A DNA stretch of 39,818 nt from a virus (Duplodnaviria > Heunggongvirae > Uroviricota > Caudoviricetes): the IMG/VR virus record IMGVR_UViG_2734482548_000013. One strand, given 5' to 3'. Position numbers and translations under genes: made by a program. Shown in pieces: positions 1-10,564 of this stretch (within the stretch, counting starts at the first letter, position 1; each line of letters begins with the position of its first letter). The notes under the pieces were generated by a model that made no database searches, was not told the origin of the DNA, and was given only the letters and a program-made list of their open reading frames with translations.

Positions 1-1236
1 CTACGATAACCGCGCATTCAACATGGCTACCTGTTCGTCGTTCATGTCATCAATCCACATACCGTAAATTTCATACACCATCTGCGCAGTTTCATGCCCC
101 ATCTGGCTGGCTATAAACGCCGGGTTCGCTCCTGCCGTCAACAGCCAGCAGGCAAAAGTATGCCGCGTATGGTACGGATTACGGCGGCGAATACCAGCAC
201 GTTTTACTGCTGCATTCCATCTCGCACCCAAACTGCTTACCGAGTAATAAGGTTTCTGTTTTCCGTTACACACTCTGGGCATGAAAACAAAATGCAGTTT
301 TTGCTTTTCGGTTCTGCCGTACTCCCGATGATAAAAAGTGATTTCGCTTTTGCGATGATGCCCGGTCAGTTTGTATTGCTCCTTCAGTGCTTCAAGAGCA
401 GGCTGCAGTAGTGTTACCGTCCGGATCCCCGCATTTGTTTTTGGGGGACCGAACATATCCAGTATCGTCAGGTTTCTTCTGACATTCACAACTCCCTTCT
501 CGAAATCCACATCCTCCCACGCCAGAGCAGCCAGTTCCCCGTGACGAAGCCCGGAGTATACGGCAAATTTCCACAAGTTCTGGCTCTGTCCTTTTTCACT
601 TTCCATTAATGCATTGAATTCTGTTTTAGATAACGGGTCAGGCTTTATTCTGTTTCTCTGTAATTTCTTTACTCCTTCAAATGGTTTGGTTGATATAAAT
701 CCCGACTGATACGCAAAACGTAACAACGAACAGAGCAGGGCGATATAGTTATCAACTGTGCGCACGGTTCTTCCTTTTTTGTTGGATCTTGGATTATCCA
801 GGTAAAGCGTTTCTCCATGCAGCAGTTCATTCCGGTAGTTTAAGATATCGCTATAACGAATATGCGATATCGGAGTACTCTCACAAATTATTATCCTGAG
901 TGTTTTTAATTGTGATTTCGTTTTCTTCATTGTGTTTGTTGTTAACTCTGTTTCTTTAATTTTTGTCCAGATATCACAAAGCTCCCCGAACGTTTTTATG
1001 ACCCTCGTTGTCACCATTTTTGCCCCAGTGCTGGACTGGGGAAAACGTCTTAAATACTCAAACTCACCGGAATTGATTTCATGAACTATCAACGCTCTTA
1101 AATTCCCGGCTTTTTTAATGTTACTGTTAGTAACCTCCCAGCCTTTCAATGTTTCCCGACATCGTTTTCCTCGAAACATGAACCAGATGCGAATGTATTT
1201 ACCTCGAATCTCGACACCTGTTGGTAATTTAGACAT
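1..1236 (-). CDS. intR: Phage tyrosine integrase (Rac IntR-like); stop codon sits at the window edge
   Basis: 411-aa ORF from the track; C-terminal catalytic region with HTRHT...VYEIYG (His/Arg/Tyr signature of tyrosine recombinases); N-terminus MSKLPTGVEIRGKYIRIWF typical of lambdoid integrases; directly followed by an excisionase-like gene. Confidence 0.93.
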   Translation of the reverse strand: MSKLPTGVEIRGKYIRIWFMFRGKRCRETLKGWEVTNSNIKKAGNLRALIVHEINSGEFEYLRRFPQSSTGAKMVTTRVIKTFGELCDIWTKIKETELTTNTMKKTKSQLKTLRIIICESTPISHIRYSDILNYRNELLHGETLYLDNPRSNKKGRTVRTVDNYIALLCSLLRFAYQSGFISTKPFEGVKKLQRNRIKPDPLSKTEFNALMESEKGQSQNLWKFAVYSGLRHGELAALAWEDVDFEKGVVNVRRNLTILDMFGPPKTNAGIRTVTLLQPALEALKEQYKLTGHHRKSEITFYHREYGRTEKQKLHFVFMPRVCNGKQKPYYSVSSLGARWNAAVKRAGIRRRNPYHTRHTFACWLLTAGANPAFIASQMGHETAQMVYEIYGMWIDDMNDEQVAMLNARLS

Positions 1237-1237
1237 A

Positions 1238-1453
1238 TCATGAGTCTTTGATAAACTGATTTATCTTTGGATAGTTATACCAGATAATCCCTCGCTTACT
1301 GTCTGGCTTCCCTAAAGGAGATACTCGTTTGAAGTGGAAGCCTTCCACCCAACAGTTCTGGCGGTATGCTTCAATTTGTCTGGCCCCCAGACCAGTGCGA
1401 AGCATCAGGCCGTATTCAACCATCCACTCTTCATTAAAGATTACTTGTGCCAT
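1238..1453 (-). CDS. Excisionase-like small protein (YdaQ/Xis family); start chosen at internal ATG with GAGGTG SD
   Basis: Small ORF immediately upstream of int on the same strand; internal Met [10 protein letters not shown] preceded by GAGGTG; resembles Rac ydaQ from memory. Confidence 0.6.
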   Translation of the reverse strand: MAQVIFNEEWMVEYGLMLRTGLGARQIEAYRQNCWVEGFHFKRVSPLGKPDSKRGIIWYNYPKINQFIKDS

Positions 1454-1552
1454 CGCATCACCTCTGGCAGGCGCCAATGTTAGACTTAAATTGACGCCCG
1501 ATGTTGATTATTAATAATCAGCTATGAAGTTTTAATTTGAATACAATGCAAT

Positions 1553-1741
1553 TCACGAGGACTGAAGTTTCTCGCAATTAAAATTTATCAGTTTTACTTT
1601 CTGCTCTCTGGAAACGCCTGCTTCTTTTTTACCTGAGAGCATTTTTTCGCATTCTGATTTCGTTAGTTTAGATTTTGAATATCTTGTCCAGTTAGTAGGA
1701 GTGCCACCTTCCTTTTCAATAGTGGCGGTAATTTTATACAT
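1553..1741 (-). CDS. ydaC: YdaC-like small protein (Rac prophage, function unknown)
   Basis: ORF in track; start placed at MYKITATIEKEGG with GGAGG SD upstream; synteny between lar and int. Confidence 0.55.
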   Translation of the reverse strand: MYKITATIEKEGGTPTNWTRYSKSKLTKSECEKMLSGKKEAGVSREQKVKLINFNCEKLQSS

Positions 1742-1778
1742 GAACACCTCCATTATTATTTCCAGTGGTTCGTTTATT

Positions 1779-1940
1779 TCATCGTTCGAGTGCTTCTTTT
1801 TCACTTCCACCATAACCGGTTCGGGATTCGCATCCGTTACACTTCGCTCGGTAATATCCTGAAATGGCTTTCACCGTTACTGATGGACAACCACAAAATG
1901 GACATGGTTTAACATTGTCATATCTCATAATTTTTCTCAT
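1779..1940 (-). CDS. ralR: Lar/RalR restriction-alleviation protein (type I toxin RalR); reads 53 codons before an in-frame TGA
   Basis: Hand translation of minus strand: MRKIMRYDNVKPCPFCGCPSVTVKAISGYYRAKCNGCESRTGYGGSEKEALER then TGA; shorter than 60 aa so absent from ORF track; sits between ydaC and recT as in Rac. Confidence 0.6.
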   Translation of the reverse strand: MRKIMRYDNVKPCPFCGCPSVTVKAISGYYRAKCNGCESRTGYGGSEKEALER

Positions 1941-1983
1941 AAAAATATTTCAAGTTGGCGGTGCATTACACCGCCAGGCTGAA

Positions 1984-2793
1984 TTATTCCTCTGAATTAT
2001 CGATTACACTGTATTCCCCGGTTAATACAGAGGAATCTGCAGGATCGATTGTCAGTGGTTCCTTTTCATCCATTGATACTGCACGCTGGATCTCAATTGA
2101 TACGGGCAGATATTTGAACAGGCGACGAATAGCCGTTTTCTTTGCCATTTCTTCCCAGTGAGTTACCCACGGCCCGTTATTACCAGCTTTACTCTGGCTG
2201 CGCACCAGCTCAATCTGTTTGCGCGTCATAACTTCAAACTGAGTACCTCCGTCTTTCAGTCTTGCGACAGCATAGACGTGGGTAACAGGGGCATCTTCGT
2301 TTTCTCCTGGGCGGTGTATTAACTTTTCATCAAGGCCAAATTCGAAATTAAACTCGTCACCTTCACGGACAACACGGGCTGACAGGCTGGCGATTTGACC
2401 TGAACGGCGAGCCAGATCAATCATGCCGCGATAGCCAATGATTAGCTGAACGTTTTTTTTACCGCTCTTTTCGTTTTTATTACCAAAAGGCAGTAAATAT
2501 GCATGACCGAGGGCGCTACCGGGCTCAAGTCCGAGCTGTGAACACTGTACGATTGCACTGACAAAACTCATAGTGTCACAGTTTCCTAACGCCGGAACTT
2601 TACGAATTTCTGTGGTGGCGATACGGATCATACGTTCAGCCGTCATATGGCGTGGAAGAGCTGCTGCCAGTTGCTCTTTCATTGATGGCTGGTTAATAAA
2701 ACTAATCACGTCGTTATTTTTAATTGCTGCTGGTGCACGGTTTCCCTGAGTTTTTTGCAGATCGGCTTTTGCGATTGGTGGTTGCTTAGTCAT
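1984..2793 (-). CDS. recT: RecT single-strand annealing recombinase
   Basis: Track ORF; start at [14 protein letters not shown] (269 aa), overlapping the recE stop by a few nt; sequence matches Rac RecT as remembered. Confidence 0.93.
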   Translation of the reverse strand: MTKQPPIAKADLQKTQGNRAPAAIKNNDVISFINQPSMKEQLAAALPRHMTAERMIRIATTEIRKVPALGNCDTMSFVSAIVQCSQLGLEPGSALGHAYLLPFGNKNEKSGKKNVQLIIGYRGMIDLARRSGQIASLSARVVREGDEFNFEFGLDEKLIHRPGENEDAPVTHVYAVARLKDGGTQFEVMTRKQIELVRSQSKAGNNGPWVTHWEEMAKKTAIRRLFKYLPVSIEIQRAVSMDEKEPLTIDPADSSVLTGEYSVIDNSEE

Positions 2794-5386
2794 TTGCATA
2801 TTCCTTAGCCCAGCGGGGCAGTGATAACGTCTTAATAGCTGGCCATTCATCGGTATTGAGGCAGTCAGCCAGGGTTCGCAGATTGCGGTGATATTCCAGC
2901 TGACCTGCCAGTTTTGCTTCTTCGCCCATCATGAAAATTTCAACCGGATAACGTCCGCATTCAATAGTTGTGCTGGCAACCAGAAAAACGAAAGTTGGCT
3001 GCACTCCAAACTGTGCTTCATAACCGTCACTGTAGAATGCATCCTGAACGTGATAGCGGTAGTCGTAATAAGCGGTTTTGAATCGTTGAATATCCGCCGT
3101 AGTTTTCACGTCCATGATCCAGTGAAATTCAGGGATAATTTTGTCCGGACGGCACCGACACAAAATTGCTGTTTCAGGATCTTCCCAGTAAATTGATGAT
3201 TCAGCGTGTCCGGCGCTTTCAACAAGCCATTGCCCCAGCGGCAAAGCCATAACGCTCTGATACATGAGTTCAATTTTCCGGCCTTCTTCGGCAGTGATAA
3301 CCGTTTTTCCTGTGCTTGCGCATTCCCTCAGAAACGCTTTCTCTTCTTCTTTTCCGGAGTTTGTCCGGCGGTTAAATTCAGGTGCTACGATAAAGCGGTT
3401 ACTGAATTCTTCCGGCTCAAGTACCCGGCAGTGGAAAGCGGTTCCTAAATCGAGCGTTTTTGTCTTTGTGGTGTCCACGGGGGCATTTTTACGCCACAAA
3501 TACAGTGCCGGAGTATCAGCAATGTCATCGAGCTGAGACTTACTGACACCGGGACCCGCGTGGTAATTCTCATTCGAAATTCCGTAATAAATACCTGGCT
3601 CTATGTCTTCTACGATTACGGGATCTGCGACTTCGCCAGTTTCATCACTGCAATCGCGATGCGGATCGCTGCCAGCATTCTCATTGTGCGGATGTTCAGC
3701 GCCTTCCATTTCCTCCGGATCATTTTCCTTAGCTTCAACCTGACTCTCTTCATCGAATGTTTCCTGGTATGTTGCGTCGCCCATCACCGCACCACAGTCA
3801 GGGCAGTTATCCCCGCCAGTCTGGCCGCAGGCATTGCAGGCTATTTCCGGTTCCTGTTGCACTACTGGCTCAGGTTGATTCATATCCGGGCTGGTTTTTT
3901 CCGTTTCTGGCTGGTTCTGGTACACACAATCGCGAGTCTGGATCCCCTTTACCCATTTCGGATCGTTCGGGTCGCTAATTCCGTCAACAAATTCACCACG
4001 TGATGCAGCAAGCAATTTATCGGCATCGACAGGATTTTTTGATGGAATGTTTTTCCGGGCTTCATGGAGTTCTGCCCGCAGTTCCTGATATTTCGCATCA
4101 ACAGAATTTACCTGTGACTGAGCATCCAGCGGCTGCGTGTCCTGATGATGTTCAGTTGCGTCCGGTTCCATTGTTTCAGCCTCTCCCTGTTCAACTGCCG
4201 TTGTTCCAGATGGTTGCGGTTTTTCTTCATCATCCTGTTTTCCTTCTTCTGTTACTCGCTGCGGCATCGGGGCAGAGGAGCGACCGCAGGCAATATCCAC
4301 GATTTCCGGATCAGGGTTGGCATGATCGGTTTCAGTCAGTACTTTGTTCAGATATTCAGTGACGTGCGCGGGGATGACCTCGATCCCAATTGGTGCTTCT
4401 TTTACGGACGCAACCACGATGGCGCGGGAATAATCCAGCCCGCCAGGCATGGTGATGAATTTGTCGCGGAAAACAGAAAAGGGCGGTTTATTTTCAGCGA
4501 TAATTTCCTCAATGCGTTTAGCGTGTGCCGGATGAAGGTTATAGATGTCCAGATCCATTGAACGGGCCAGTACGCCAGTGGCTACGTCCCGCGCCAGTGA
4601 CGTCAGATCGTGTACGAAACCTTCGCCGCGATCGGTGAGGTTTCCGCCGCCAGCATTAGCACCGGAAGCCGTGCGAGTGATGTGTGAAACACGATTACCC
4701 TTCATCCACTCTTTTGTCAGCAGTCCTCGATCGGTGTAGTCAGCGTTCAGGTATGCTTCGAAAAAAGCAGTTATCAGTCCCAGGTTTGAATTACCAGGAT
4801 TAGGGAAAACTTTGTCAGTGTCACGAACCAGTTTGTGGAGTTCGCGAATTTCCAGCGGGTCGAGCAGGCTGGTTTTGTGGGAAACAGCCAGGGCAGTAAC
4901 AGCCGGTAGTTCTTCAGCCCGAGCAATGTGTAATGCCTGGAGTCCGTCGCGTGAAACGTGCGTTACCGGTTTTTCGCTGCCGTGTTGAGCAAGCCAACGA
5001 ATGGGCAGTTCCTGGCCAGAAATTGGGAGTAGCATATTCTCCTCAATCTCAGTCATGTCTTCGCCGTTGACGTTGGTATTGCCTTGATAGTGAGCGTTGT
5101 CTGGTGCTGCTCCCGGTTTTAGTTCCCATGTCATGGAGTCTTTGCTGAGTTGATAGCGTTCACTCCAGGTAAAATCGATCTCACCTTCAGCGGGCAGGTC
5201 ATTAACGACAGGAAAATTCGTGGCAACAGCTTTAAAATAGCTGCTCAGTTTTTTACCTGACTTAACGATCAGGTAGTCCAGAGTGGCACAGGTCGATTCA
5301 AAATCGTTGCTTGCCCACAGGACGACGTCAGGTTCACCGGATGATTTTTTCGCTTTCCGTAACAGGAAGAGTGGTTTTGTGCTCAT
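2786..5386 (-). CDS. recE: RecE exonuclease VIII (full length, 866 aa)
   Basis: 866-aa ORF; acidic middle region and C-terminal nuclease domain; immediately upstream of recT on same strand. Confidence 0.93.
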   Translation of the reverse strand: MSTKPLFLLRKAKKSSGEPDVVLWASNDFESTCATLDYLIVKSGKKLSSYFKAVATNFPVVNDLPAEGEIDFTWSERYQLSKDSMTWELKPGAAPDNAHYQGNTNVNGEDMTEIEENMLLPISGQELPIRWLAQHGSEKPVTHVSRDGLQALHIARAEELPAVTALAVSHKTSLLDPLEIRELHKLVRDTDKVFPNPGNSNLGLITAFFEAYLNADYTDRGLLTKEWMKGNRVSHITRTASGANAGGGNLTDRGEGFVHDLTSLARDVATGVLARSMDLDIYNLHPAHAKRIEEIIAENKPPFSVFRDKFITMPGGLDYSRAIVVASVKEAPIGIEVIPAHVTEYLNKVLTETDHANPDPEIVDIACGRSSAPMPQRVTEEGKQDDEEKPQPSGTTAVEQGEAETMEPDATEHHQDTQPLDAQSQVNSVDAKYQELRAELHEARKNIPSKNPVDADKLLAASRGEFVDGISDPNDPKWVKGIQTRDCVYQNQPETEKTSPDMNQPEPVVQQEPEIACNACGQTGGDNCPDCGAVMGDATYQETFDEESQVEAKENDPEEMEGAEHPHNENAGSDPHRDCSDETGEVADPVIVEDIEPGIYYGISNENYHAGPGVSKSQLDDIADTPALYLWRKNAPVDTTKTKTLDLGTAFHCRVLEPEEFSNRFIVAPEFNRRTNSGKEEEKAFLRECASTGKTVITAEEGRKIELMYQSVMALPLGQWLVESAGHAESSIYWEDPETAILCRCRPDKIIPEFHWIMDVKTTADIQRFKTAYYDYRYHVQDAFYSDGYEAQFGVQPTFVFLVASTTIECGRYPVEIFMMGEEAKLAGQLEYHRNLRTLADCLNTDEWPAIKTLSLPRWAKEYAND

Positions 5387-5487
5387 TGTTTTTTAACCTC
5401 AACTCAGATTAAAATTCGTTTTGTTCAGTGAATGATCTTGCCGGATACACACTGTTCATAGCCTGCGCCATACGCAGGCTATTTCTT

Positions 5488-5763
5488 TCAGATTTCACCT
5501 TTTAATTTCATTGCAATTAGAGTTGCCAGAAATTCGGCTTTTTTTTCTGCGGGCAGATTCTTTCCGATATGCACCAGGCACATTTTTTTGACACCTTCAT
5601 CAAGTGTTTTTACGTTGCCTGATGGACCATCGATATCAACCACAGTGAATGGGGTTTCTTTATTTTCTGTTTTAATTACGTAGCCAATGCGCTTTCCTTC
5701 CAGATTCACCTCGTGAACAATGTCATCGGTAGTTACAACAGTGGCTTCATAATTGGTAATCAT
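5488..5763 (-). CDS. racC: RacC small protein
   Basis: Start at MITNYEATVVTTDD with GGAG SD; 91 aa; synteny recE-racC-ydaE-kilR. Confidence 0.8.
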   Translation of the reverse strand: MITNYEATVVTTDDIVHEVNLEGKRIGYVIKTENKETPFTVVDIDGPSGNVKTLDEGVKKMCLVHIGKNLPAEKKAEFLATLIAMKLKGEI

Positions 5764-5837
5764 GTTTTTCTCCTTAATTAAGGTTGAGCGAATACCTGCC
5801 ATTTCTGGCATAAATTCAGTTTCGAATAGTCAATTAA

Positions 5838-6008
5838 TTAAAGTTCATGTGCCATCTGGTCTTTTTCGGCACAAGCTTCACTGCAATATTTTCTCGGTTC
5901 GTCTTTTGATAAAATCCCGTGCATGAAGTGAAGCATTCTTTCAATAGCTTTGCTTTCTTCAACGTCTTTTTTGCAAAGGTGGTAAGCACATTTTATTTTC
6001 TTAGTCAT
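5838..6008 (-). CDS. ydaE: YdaE-like zinc-binding small protein (56 aa)
   Basis: Hand translation: [56 protein letters not shown]; Cys/His-rich; ATG overlaps the kilR stop (ATGA); below the 60-aa track cutoff. Confidence 0.7.
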   Translation of the reverse strand: MTKKIKCAYHLCKKDVEESKAIERMLHFMHGILSKDEPRKYCSEACAEKDQMAHEL

Positions 6009-6229
6009 CACCATGACTCCGCCTTTACAGGTAAACCATCACGACCGAGGAAGACTTTAATCATGCGGTCAGTAATGCATGTTTTTGTGGTCAGGTTACG
6101 AATATATAGTTTTCGCTTTTTAATATTGTTTGCCGAGGCAATATATGTCCGGCCTTCATGAAGAACATAATCGCCAGGAGTCACACACTGACGTGGTATT
6201 TCATCAGTTCCGAAGTGATGTGCAATCAT
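6008..6229 (-). CDS. kilR: KilR (FtsZ-inhibiting killing protein of Rac)
   Basis: Start at [15 protein letters not shown] (73 aa) with GGAG SD 6 nt upstream; synteny. Confidence 0.85.
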   Translation of the reverse strand: MIAHHFGTDEIPRQCVTPGDYVLHEGRTYIASANNIKKRKLYIRNLTTKTCITDRMIKVFLGRDGLPVKAESW

Positions 6230-6670
6230 AATTATCTCCATTTTTACAAATGAACTTTGTTGATGCGGTGCCTGGTGCCTCCAGGTGACTGCAACCAGTT
6301 AACAATTACAGTCGGCTTTCCCACCCAAACCAATAAGGACTAACATGACTTTTAACTGTGCCACGTGCGCTTAGCCGCATTCACCGCATCACAAAATTCA
6401 CTTTAAAAAGGGCGGACATCAGCCGAACTTCAAGAAAAAAACTGATGCCGCCAGGACTACACACAGCAATGTCGTTATTTACAACCGGAGGCGCACTCCC
6501 ACCATTTAAATTTAACAGACAAGACCGACTCTTTATGGATATCGGAAATGCGCCTTCGTGTTGTGCCCGGTTTTATTTCACCACCTCCGGGCTTCGGTGG
6601 TCTCGGCTATACCCCTACAGCGAGAGCTTGTGTTAACATTTCAATACCCTTACAGTTGAGAGTTATTGAT

Positions 6671-7159
6671 ATGTTGGATGTATTTACTCCATTGTTGAAA
6701 CTTTTTGCTAACGAGCCACTCGAAATACTTATGTATACGATTATCATTTTTGGTCTCACTCTCTGGCTGATACCGAAAGAGTTTACTGTCGCATTCAATG
6801 CTTATACTGAAATACCTTGGCTCTTTCAGATTATCGTTTTTGCCTTTTCTTTCGTGGTCGCCATTTCCTTCTCAAGATTGCGAGCACATATTCAAAAGCA
6901 TTATTCATTACTACCAGAGCAACGAGTATTGCTTCGTTTATCTGAGAAAGAAATCGCTGTATTTAAAGATTTCCTTAAAACAGGAAATCTTATTATCACT
7001 TCTCCTTGCCGTAACCCGGTTATGAAAAAATTAGAACGGAAGGGCATCATTCAACATCAGAGTGATAGCGCAAACTGTTCTTATTATCTCGTCACCGAAA
7101 AATACTCCCATTTTATGAAGTTATTCTGGAACAGCAGGAGTAGACGTTTTAATCGTTAG
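6671..7159 (+). CDS. sieB: SieB superinfection exclusion protein
   Basis: Start at MLDVFTPLLKLFANEPLEILMYTIIIFGLTLWL; N-terminal transmembrane segments; 162 aa; AT-rich like known sieB. Confidence 0.85.
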   Translation: MLDVFTPLLKLFANEPLEILMYTIIIFGLTLWLIPKEFTVAFNAYTEIPWLFQIIVFAFSFVVAISFSRLRAHIQKHYSLLPEQRVLLRLSEKEIAVFKDFLKTGNLIITSPCRNPVMKKLERKGIIQHQSDSANCSYYLVTEKYSHFMKLFWNSRSRRFNR

Positions 7160-7311
7160 CTTACTGTGTGCTTCTCCAACCATCGGCGCGCACCAGTTTC
7201 GGTTTTAAATGTTTTGCTTTTGGTATACGTCATGGCAGTGAACGTTCCATCCTGGTTGGGGAACACGCCGCACACCAGGGATTCGTTGTTGCCGAGGTCG
7301 ATTTTTTGCAT
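7156..7311 (-). CDS. ydaF: YdaF-like small protein (51 aa)
   Basis: Hand translation MQKIDLGNNESLVCGVFPNQDGTFTAMTYTKSKTFKTETGARRWLEKHTVS; overlaps the sieB 3' end convergently by 4 nt. Confidence 0.6.
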   Translation of the reverse strand: MQKIDLGNNESLVCGVFPNQDGTFTAMTYTKSKTFKTETGARRWLEKHTVS

Positions 7312-7321
7312 TTTGCGAATC

Positions 7322-7456
7322 TCACATCTTGTTGCTGTGTATAGCGACTTCTGCCTGCCAGAGATCCCAGTCGTTGCTGCGTAAAGCCTGCACAGCCTGG
7401 TTGTAAGTGATACCGCAACAATCCATCAAATACTGAACTACTTCGTAATGCACCAT
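7322..7456 (-). CDS. ydaG: YdaG-like small protein (44 aa)
   Basis: Internal start MVHYEVVQYLMDCCGITYNQAVQALRSNDWDLWQAEVAIHSNKM within track ORF 7322..7504. Confidence 0.6.
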   Translation of the reverse strand: MVHYEVVQYLMDCCGITYNQAVQALRSNDWDLWQAEVAIHSNKM

Positions 7457-7630
7457 CTTATCTCTCCCCTTAACGCCGGGTGGCGGAACTGAAACCTGCT
7501 GCACTGCAAAATCTGAACCCTGCCGTCATGTTCATACGCCTCGGGCTGGCTACTTAACCCCTGACCACTGCCTGGTAACTCGAAGTATTGCCCTGCGTTC
7601 TGTGGGGCGGGGTGGGTTGGTAGGTATATA

Positions 7631-7671
7631 ATGTACTTTGTGTTCATTGATGTAAAGTACTATAAGTACAT
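7631..7671. promoter_or_regulatory. Candidate operator cluster (OL-like): ATGTACTTT ... AAAGTAC tat AAGTACAT inverted repeats downstream of racR
   Basis: Seen directly: inverted and direct copies of the TGTACT core within about 40 bp, in the region that must hold the leftward early promoter. Confidence 0.4.
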
Positions 7672-7746
7672 TTTGTGTGTAAAAAAATGAGATGGGATAA
7701 AGTGAAGCACAAACCCGGAGGGGGACGCTACCGGATTTATGCTGGT

Positions 7747-8166
7747 TTAAGAGGCTTTTTGTTTTTTCTTTCGTGCTAGCTCTTCGTAAATTGCATTGTA
7801 CTTCTGTTTTTTCTCCTCAAGAGTTTTTAAAAGTTCATCTGTCTCACTGTCAGGGAGCTCGTCCAGAAGGTCAATGATGATTTTTTGTCTTGGATTTAAC
7901 TCCTGATAGAAACGTACCTGTCCACTTTCTTCTGTATCCTCTCCCAAAAGATAGGTTGGTGTTGTTCCAATGAGTGTTGCTAATTCCCTTAATTTCTCTC
8001 GGCGAGGAATTGTTTCGCCATTAAACCATTTGCTAACCGCTTTTGGTGTTAATTTCATTCGACGGGCAATTTCTGCCTGCCTTCCATGTTGTTCATAACC
8101 AGCGTTTTCACAGGCTAGCGCAAGCCTACTGGCGAACTCTTTACGCGCTTTATCTTCATGAACCAT
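7747..8166 (-). CDS. racR: RacR prophage repressor (CI-like HTH)
   Basis: HTH segment QAEIARRMKLTPKAVSKWFNGETIP; divergent from the ydaS/ydaT operon; start ambiguous between ATG at 8166 and GTG at 8184. Confidence 0.8.
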   Translation of the reverse strand: MVHEDKARKEFASRLALACENAGYEQHGRQAEIARRMKLTPKAVSKWFNGETIPRREKLRELATLIGTTPTYLLGEDTEESGQVRFYQELNPRQKIIIDLLDELPDSETDELLKTLEEKKQKYNAIYEELARKKKQKAS

Positions 8167-8190
8167 AAGTTCAATGATATTCACTCTTGA

Positions 8191-8221
8191 ATGTACTGTC
8201 AGTTCTGTTATAGCATGTACT
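8191..8221. promoter_or_regulatory. Candidate operator pair (OR-like): two direct ATGTACT copies 24 bp apart in the racR-ydaS divergent intergenic region
   Basis: ATGTACT at about 8191..8197 and 8215..8221, the same core as the cluster at 7631..7671; placement mirrors the CI-flanking operator layout of lambdoid phages. Confidence 0.4.
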
Positions 8222-8245
8222 CAAAGTTCACATTGTGAGGGTGAT

Positions 8246-8500
8246 ATGAACCAGAAAACACTTGAAGATGTAATCAAAACTGTTCGCGTTTCTGTTGTGG
8301 CCGACGTTTGTGGTGTCAGCCAAAGAGCAATCTACAAATGGATGGATAACGGAAAATTGCCTCGCACAGAATATACCGGCGAAACAAATTACGCTGAAAA
8401 AATCGCTCATGCATCAAACGGATTATTTTCTGCTGATGTAATTTTAACTATTGGCAGAAATAAAACTACTACGAAAAAGCTGATGGGAGTTGATTCATGA
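8246..8500 (+). CDS. ydaS: YdaS (Cro-like HTH protein)
   Basis: Start at MNQKTLEDVIKTV with GAGGGTG SD; HTH VADVCGVSQRAIYKWMDNGKLP; first gene of the rightward operon. Confidence 0.7.
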   Translation: MNQKTLEDVIKTVRVSVVADVCGVSQRAIYKWMDNGKLPRTEYTGETNYAEKIAHASNGLFSADVILTIGRNKTTTKKLMGVDS

Positions 8501-8919
8501 AAATCAAGCATGAGCACATCGAGTCAGTGTTGTTAGCCCTGGCAGCCGAAAAAGGGCAGGCATGGGTAGCCAATGCCATTACTGAAGAATATCTGCGCCA
8601 GGGGGGCGGCGAATTGCCCCTGGTACCAGGCAAGGACTGGAATAATCAGCAGAATATCTATCACCGTTGGTTGAAAGGTGAAACGAAAACGCAAAGAGAA
8701 AAAATTCAGAAGCTGATCCCAGCAATTCTGGCAATCCTTCCGCGCGAGCTGCGTCACCGACTCTGCATCTTCGATACCCTGGAACGCCGTGCATTACTGG
8801 CGGCGCAGGAAGCGTTAAGTACGGCAATTGATGCGCATGATGATGCAGTCCAAGCCGTTTACCGGAAAGCGCATTTCAGCGGCGGCGGGTCTTCCGACGA
8901 TTCTGTCATTGTTCATTAA
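8497..8919 (+). CDS. ydaT: YdaT (Rac prophage protein, reported toxic on overexpression)
   Basis: 140-aa ORF whose start overlaps the ydaS stop; sequence matches YdaT as remembered. Confidence 0.7.
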   Translation: MKIKHEHIESVLLALAAEKGQAWVANAITEEYLRQGGGELPLVPGKDWNNQQNIYHRWLKGETKTQREKIQKLIPAILAILPRELRHRLCIFDTLERRALLAAQEALSTAIDAHDDAVQAVYRKAHFSGGGSSDDSVIVH

Positions 8920-8931
8920 GCAAAAGTTTCC

Positions 8932-9789
8932 ATGCTGTTTGTGCTTATTCTAAGCCACCGGGCAGCATCATACGGGGCAATTATGGCCGCATTACCATAC
9001 ATGCAACTGTACATAGCTGATTACCTGGCTGACACCATGCATTTGTCAGCAGAGGAGCATGGTGCGTATTTGTTGCTGATGTTCAATTACTGGCAAACAG
9101 GAAAGCCAATACCTAAAAACAGGCTGGCAAAAATTGCCCGTCTGACTAACGAGCGATGGGCTGATGTTGAACCATCCTTGCAGGAGTTTTTTTGCGATAA
9201 CGGCGAGGAATGGGTGCATCTTCGGATTGAGGAAGATCTGGCATCAGTCAGGGAAAAATTAACCAAAAAATCAGCCGCAGGAAAAGCATCTGTTCAGGCC
9301 AGAAGAAGCAGAAAGGAAGCAGATGTTCAAACAAAACAAGAGAGAAATTTAACAGGTGTTCAAACAGATGTTGAAGTGGTGTTTGAACATGATGTCAACA
9401 CAAAGGCAACTAATAAAGATACAGATAAAGATCTAAAAACAGATCCCCCCCTAAATCCCCCCCGGGGGAATCGAGGTGTCAAAAAGTTTGACCCTCTGGA
9501 TATTGCTTTGCCGAACTGGATTTCTGTCTCGCTTTGGCGTGAGTGGGTTGAATTTCGCCAGGCATTGCGAAAACCGATTCGAACGGAGCAGGGCGCTAAC
9601 GGGGCGATACGGGAGCTGGAAAAATTCCGCCAGCAGGGTTTTTCACCTGAGCAGGTGATTCGACACAGCATCGCCAATGAATACCAGGGCTTGTTCGCGC
9701 CGAAAGGTGTTCGACCTGAGACGTTACTCCGACAGGTTAACACCGTCTCGTTACCGGATAGTGCGATCCCGCCAGGCTTCAGGGGGTAA
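8932..9789 (+). CDS. ydaU: YdaU (replication-module protein, DUF1376-like)
   Basis: 285-aa ORF immediately upstream of the DnaC-like gene; position equivalent to a replication initiator. Confidence 0.7.
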   Translation: MLFVLILSHRAASYGAIMAALPYMQLYIADYLADTMHLSAEEHGAYLLLMFNYWQTGKPIPKNRLAKIARLTNERWADVEPSLQEFFCDNGEEWVHLRIEEDLASVREKLTKKSAAGKASVQARRSRKEADVQTKQERNLTGVQTDVEVVFEHDVNTKATNKDTDKDLKTDPPLNPPRGNRGVKKFDPLDIALPNWISVSLWREWVEFRQALRKPIRTEQGANGAIRELEKFRQQGFSPEQVIRHSIANEYQGLFAPKGVRPETLLRQVNTVSLPDSAIPPGFRG

Positions 9790-9795
9790 CTGACC

Positions 9796-10542
9796 ATGAA
9801 AAATATTGCGACAGGCGACGTTCTTGAACGTATCCGCAGACTGGCCCCGTCACATGTAACCGCGCCATTCAAGACGGTAGCGGAGTGGCGCGAGTGGCAA
9901 CTTTCCGAAGGCCAGAAACGTTGTGAGGAGATCAACCGTCAGAATCGTCAGTTGCGGGTGGAAAAAATTCTGAATCGCTCTGGCATCCAGCCATTGCACC
10001 GCAAATGCTCGTTTTCGAATTACCAGGTGCAGAACGAAGCGCAGCGATACGCGTTGAGTCAGGCGAAATCCATCGCTGATGAACTGATGACCGGGTGTAC
10101 AAATTTTGCGTTCAGCGGAAAACCTGGTACCGGGAAGAACCACTTAGCGGCAGCTATCGGGAATCGCCTGCTGAAAGACGGTCAGACAGTGATTGTGGTT
10201 ACCGTGGCTGATGTTATGAGTGCCCTGCACGCCAGCTATGACGATGGGCAGTCAGGCGAAAAATTTTTGCGGGAACTATGCGAAGTGGATCTGCTGGTTC
10301 TTGATGAAATTGGCATTCAGCGCGAGACGAAAAACGAGCAGGTGGTGCTGCACCAGATTGTTGATCGCCGGACAGCGTCGATGCGCAGCGTGGGGATGCT
10401 GACAAACCTGAACTATGAGGCCATGAAAACATTGCTCGGCGAGCGGATTATGGATCGCATGACCATGAACGGCGGGCGATGGGTGAATTTTAACTGGGAG
10501 AGCTGGCGTCCGAATGTCGTCCAGCCAGGAATTGAGAAGTAA
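9796..10542 (+). CDS. ydaV: DnaC-like helicase loader / IstB-like AAA+ ATPase (YdaV)
   Basis: Walker [14 protein letters not shown] and Walker B LLVLDEIG present in the translation. Confidence 0.85.
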   Translation: MKNIATGDVLERIRRLAPSHVTAPFKTVAEWREWQLSEGQKRCEEINRQNRQLRVEKILNRSGIQPLHRKCSFSNYQVQNEAQRYALSQAKSIADELMTGCTNFAFSGKPGTGKNHLAAAIGNRLLKDGQTVIVVTVADVMSALHASYDDGQSGEKFLRELCEVDLLVLDEIGIQRETKNEQVVLHQIVDRRTASMRSVGMLTNLNYEAMKTLLGERIMDRMTMNGGRWVNFNWESWRPNVVQPGIEK

Positions 10543-10564
10543 TTTTTACCGGGAGGAAATTTTT

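Noticed and set aside
1-60. Search for the prophage attachment site next to the integrase
   Set aside because: The window begins exactly at the integrase stop codon, so the adjacent att site and host junction lie outside the window.
2888-4739. Series of plus-strand ORFs (60-147 aa) inside recE
   Set aside because: All are antisense to the well-supported 866-aa recE frame and lack start signals; typical shadow ORFs.
9360-9935. 191-aa minus-strand ORF overlapping ydaU and ydaV
   Set aside because: Antisense to two syntenic genes of the replication module; serine/cysteine-rich, low-complexity translation.
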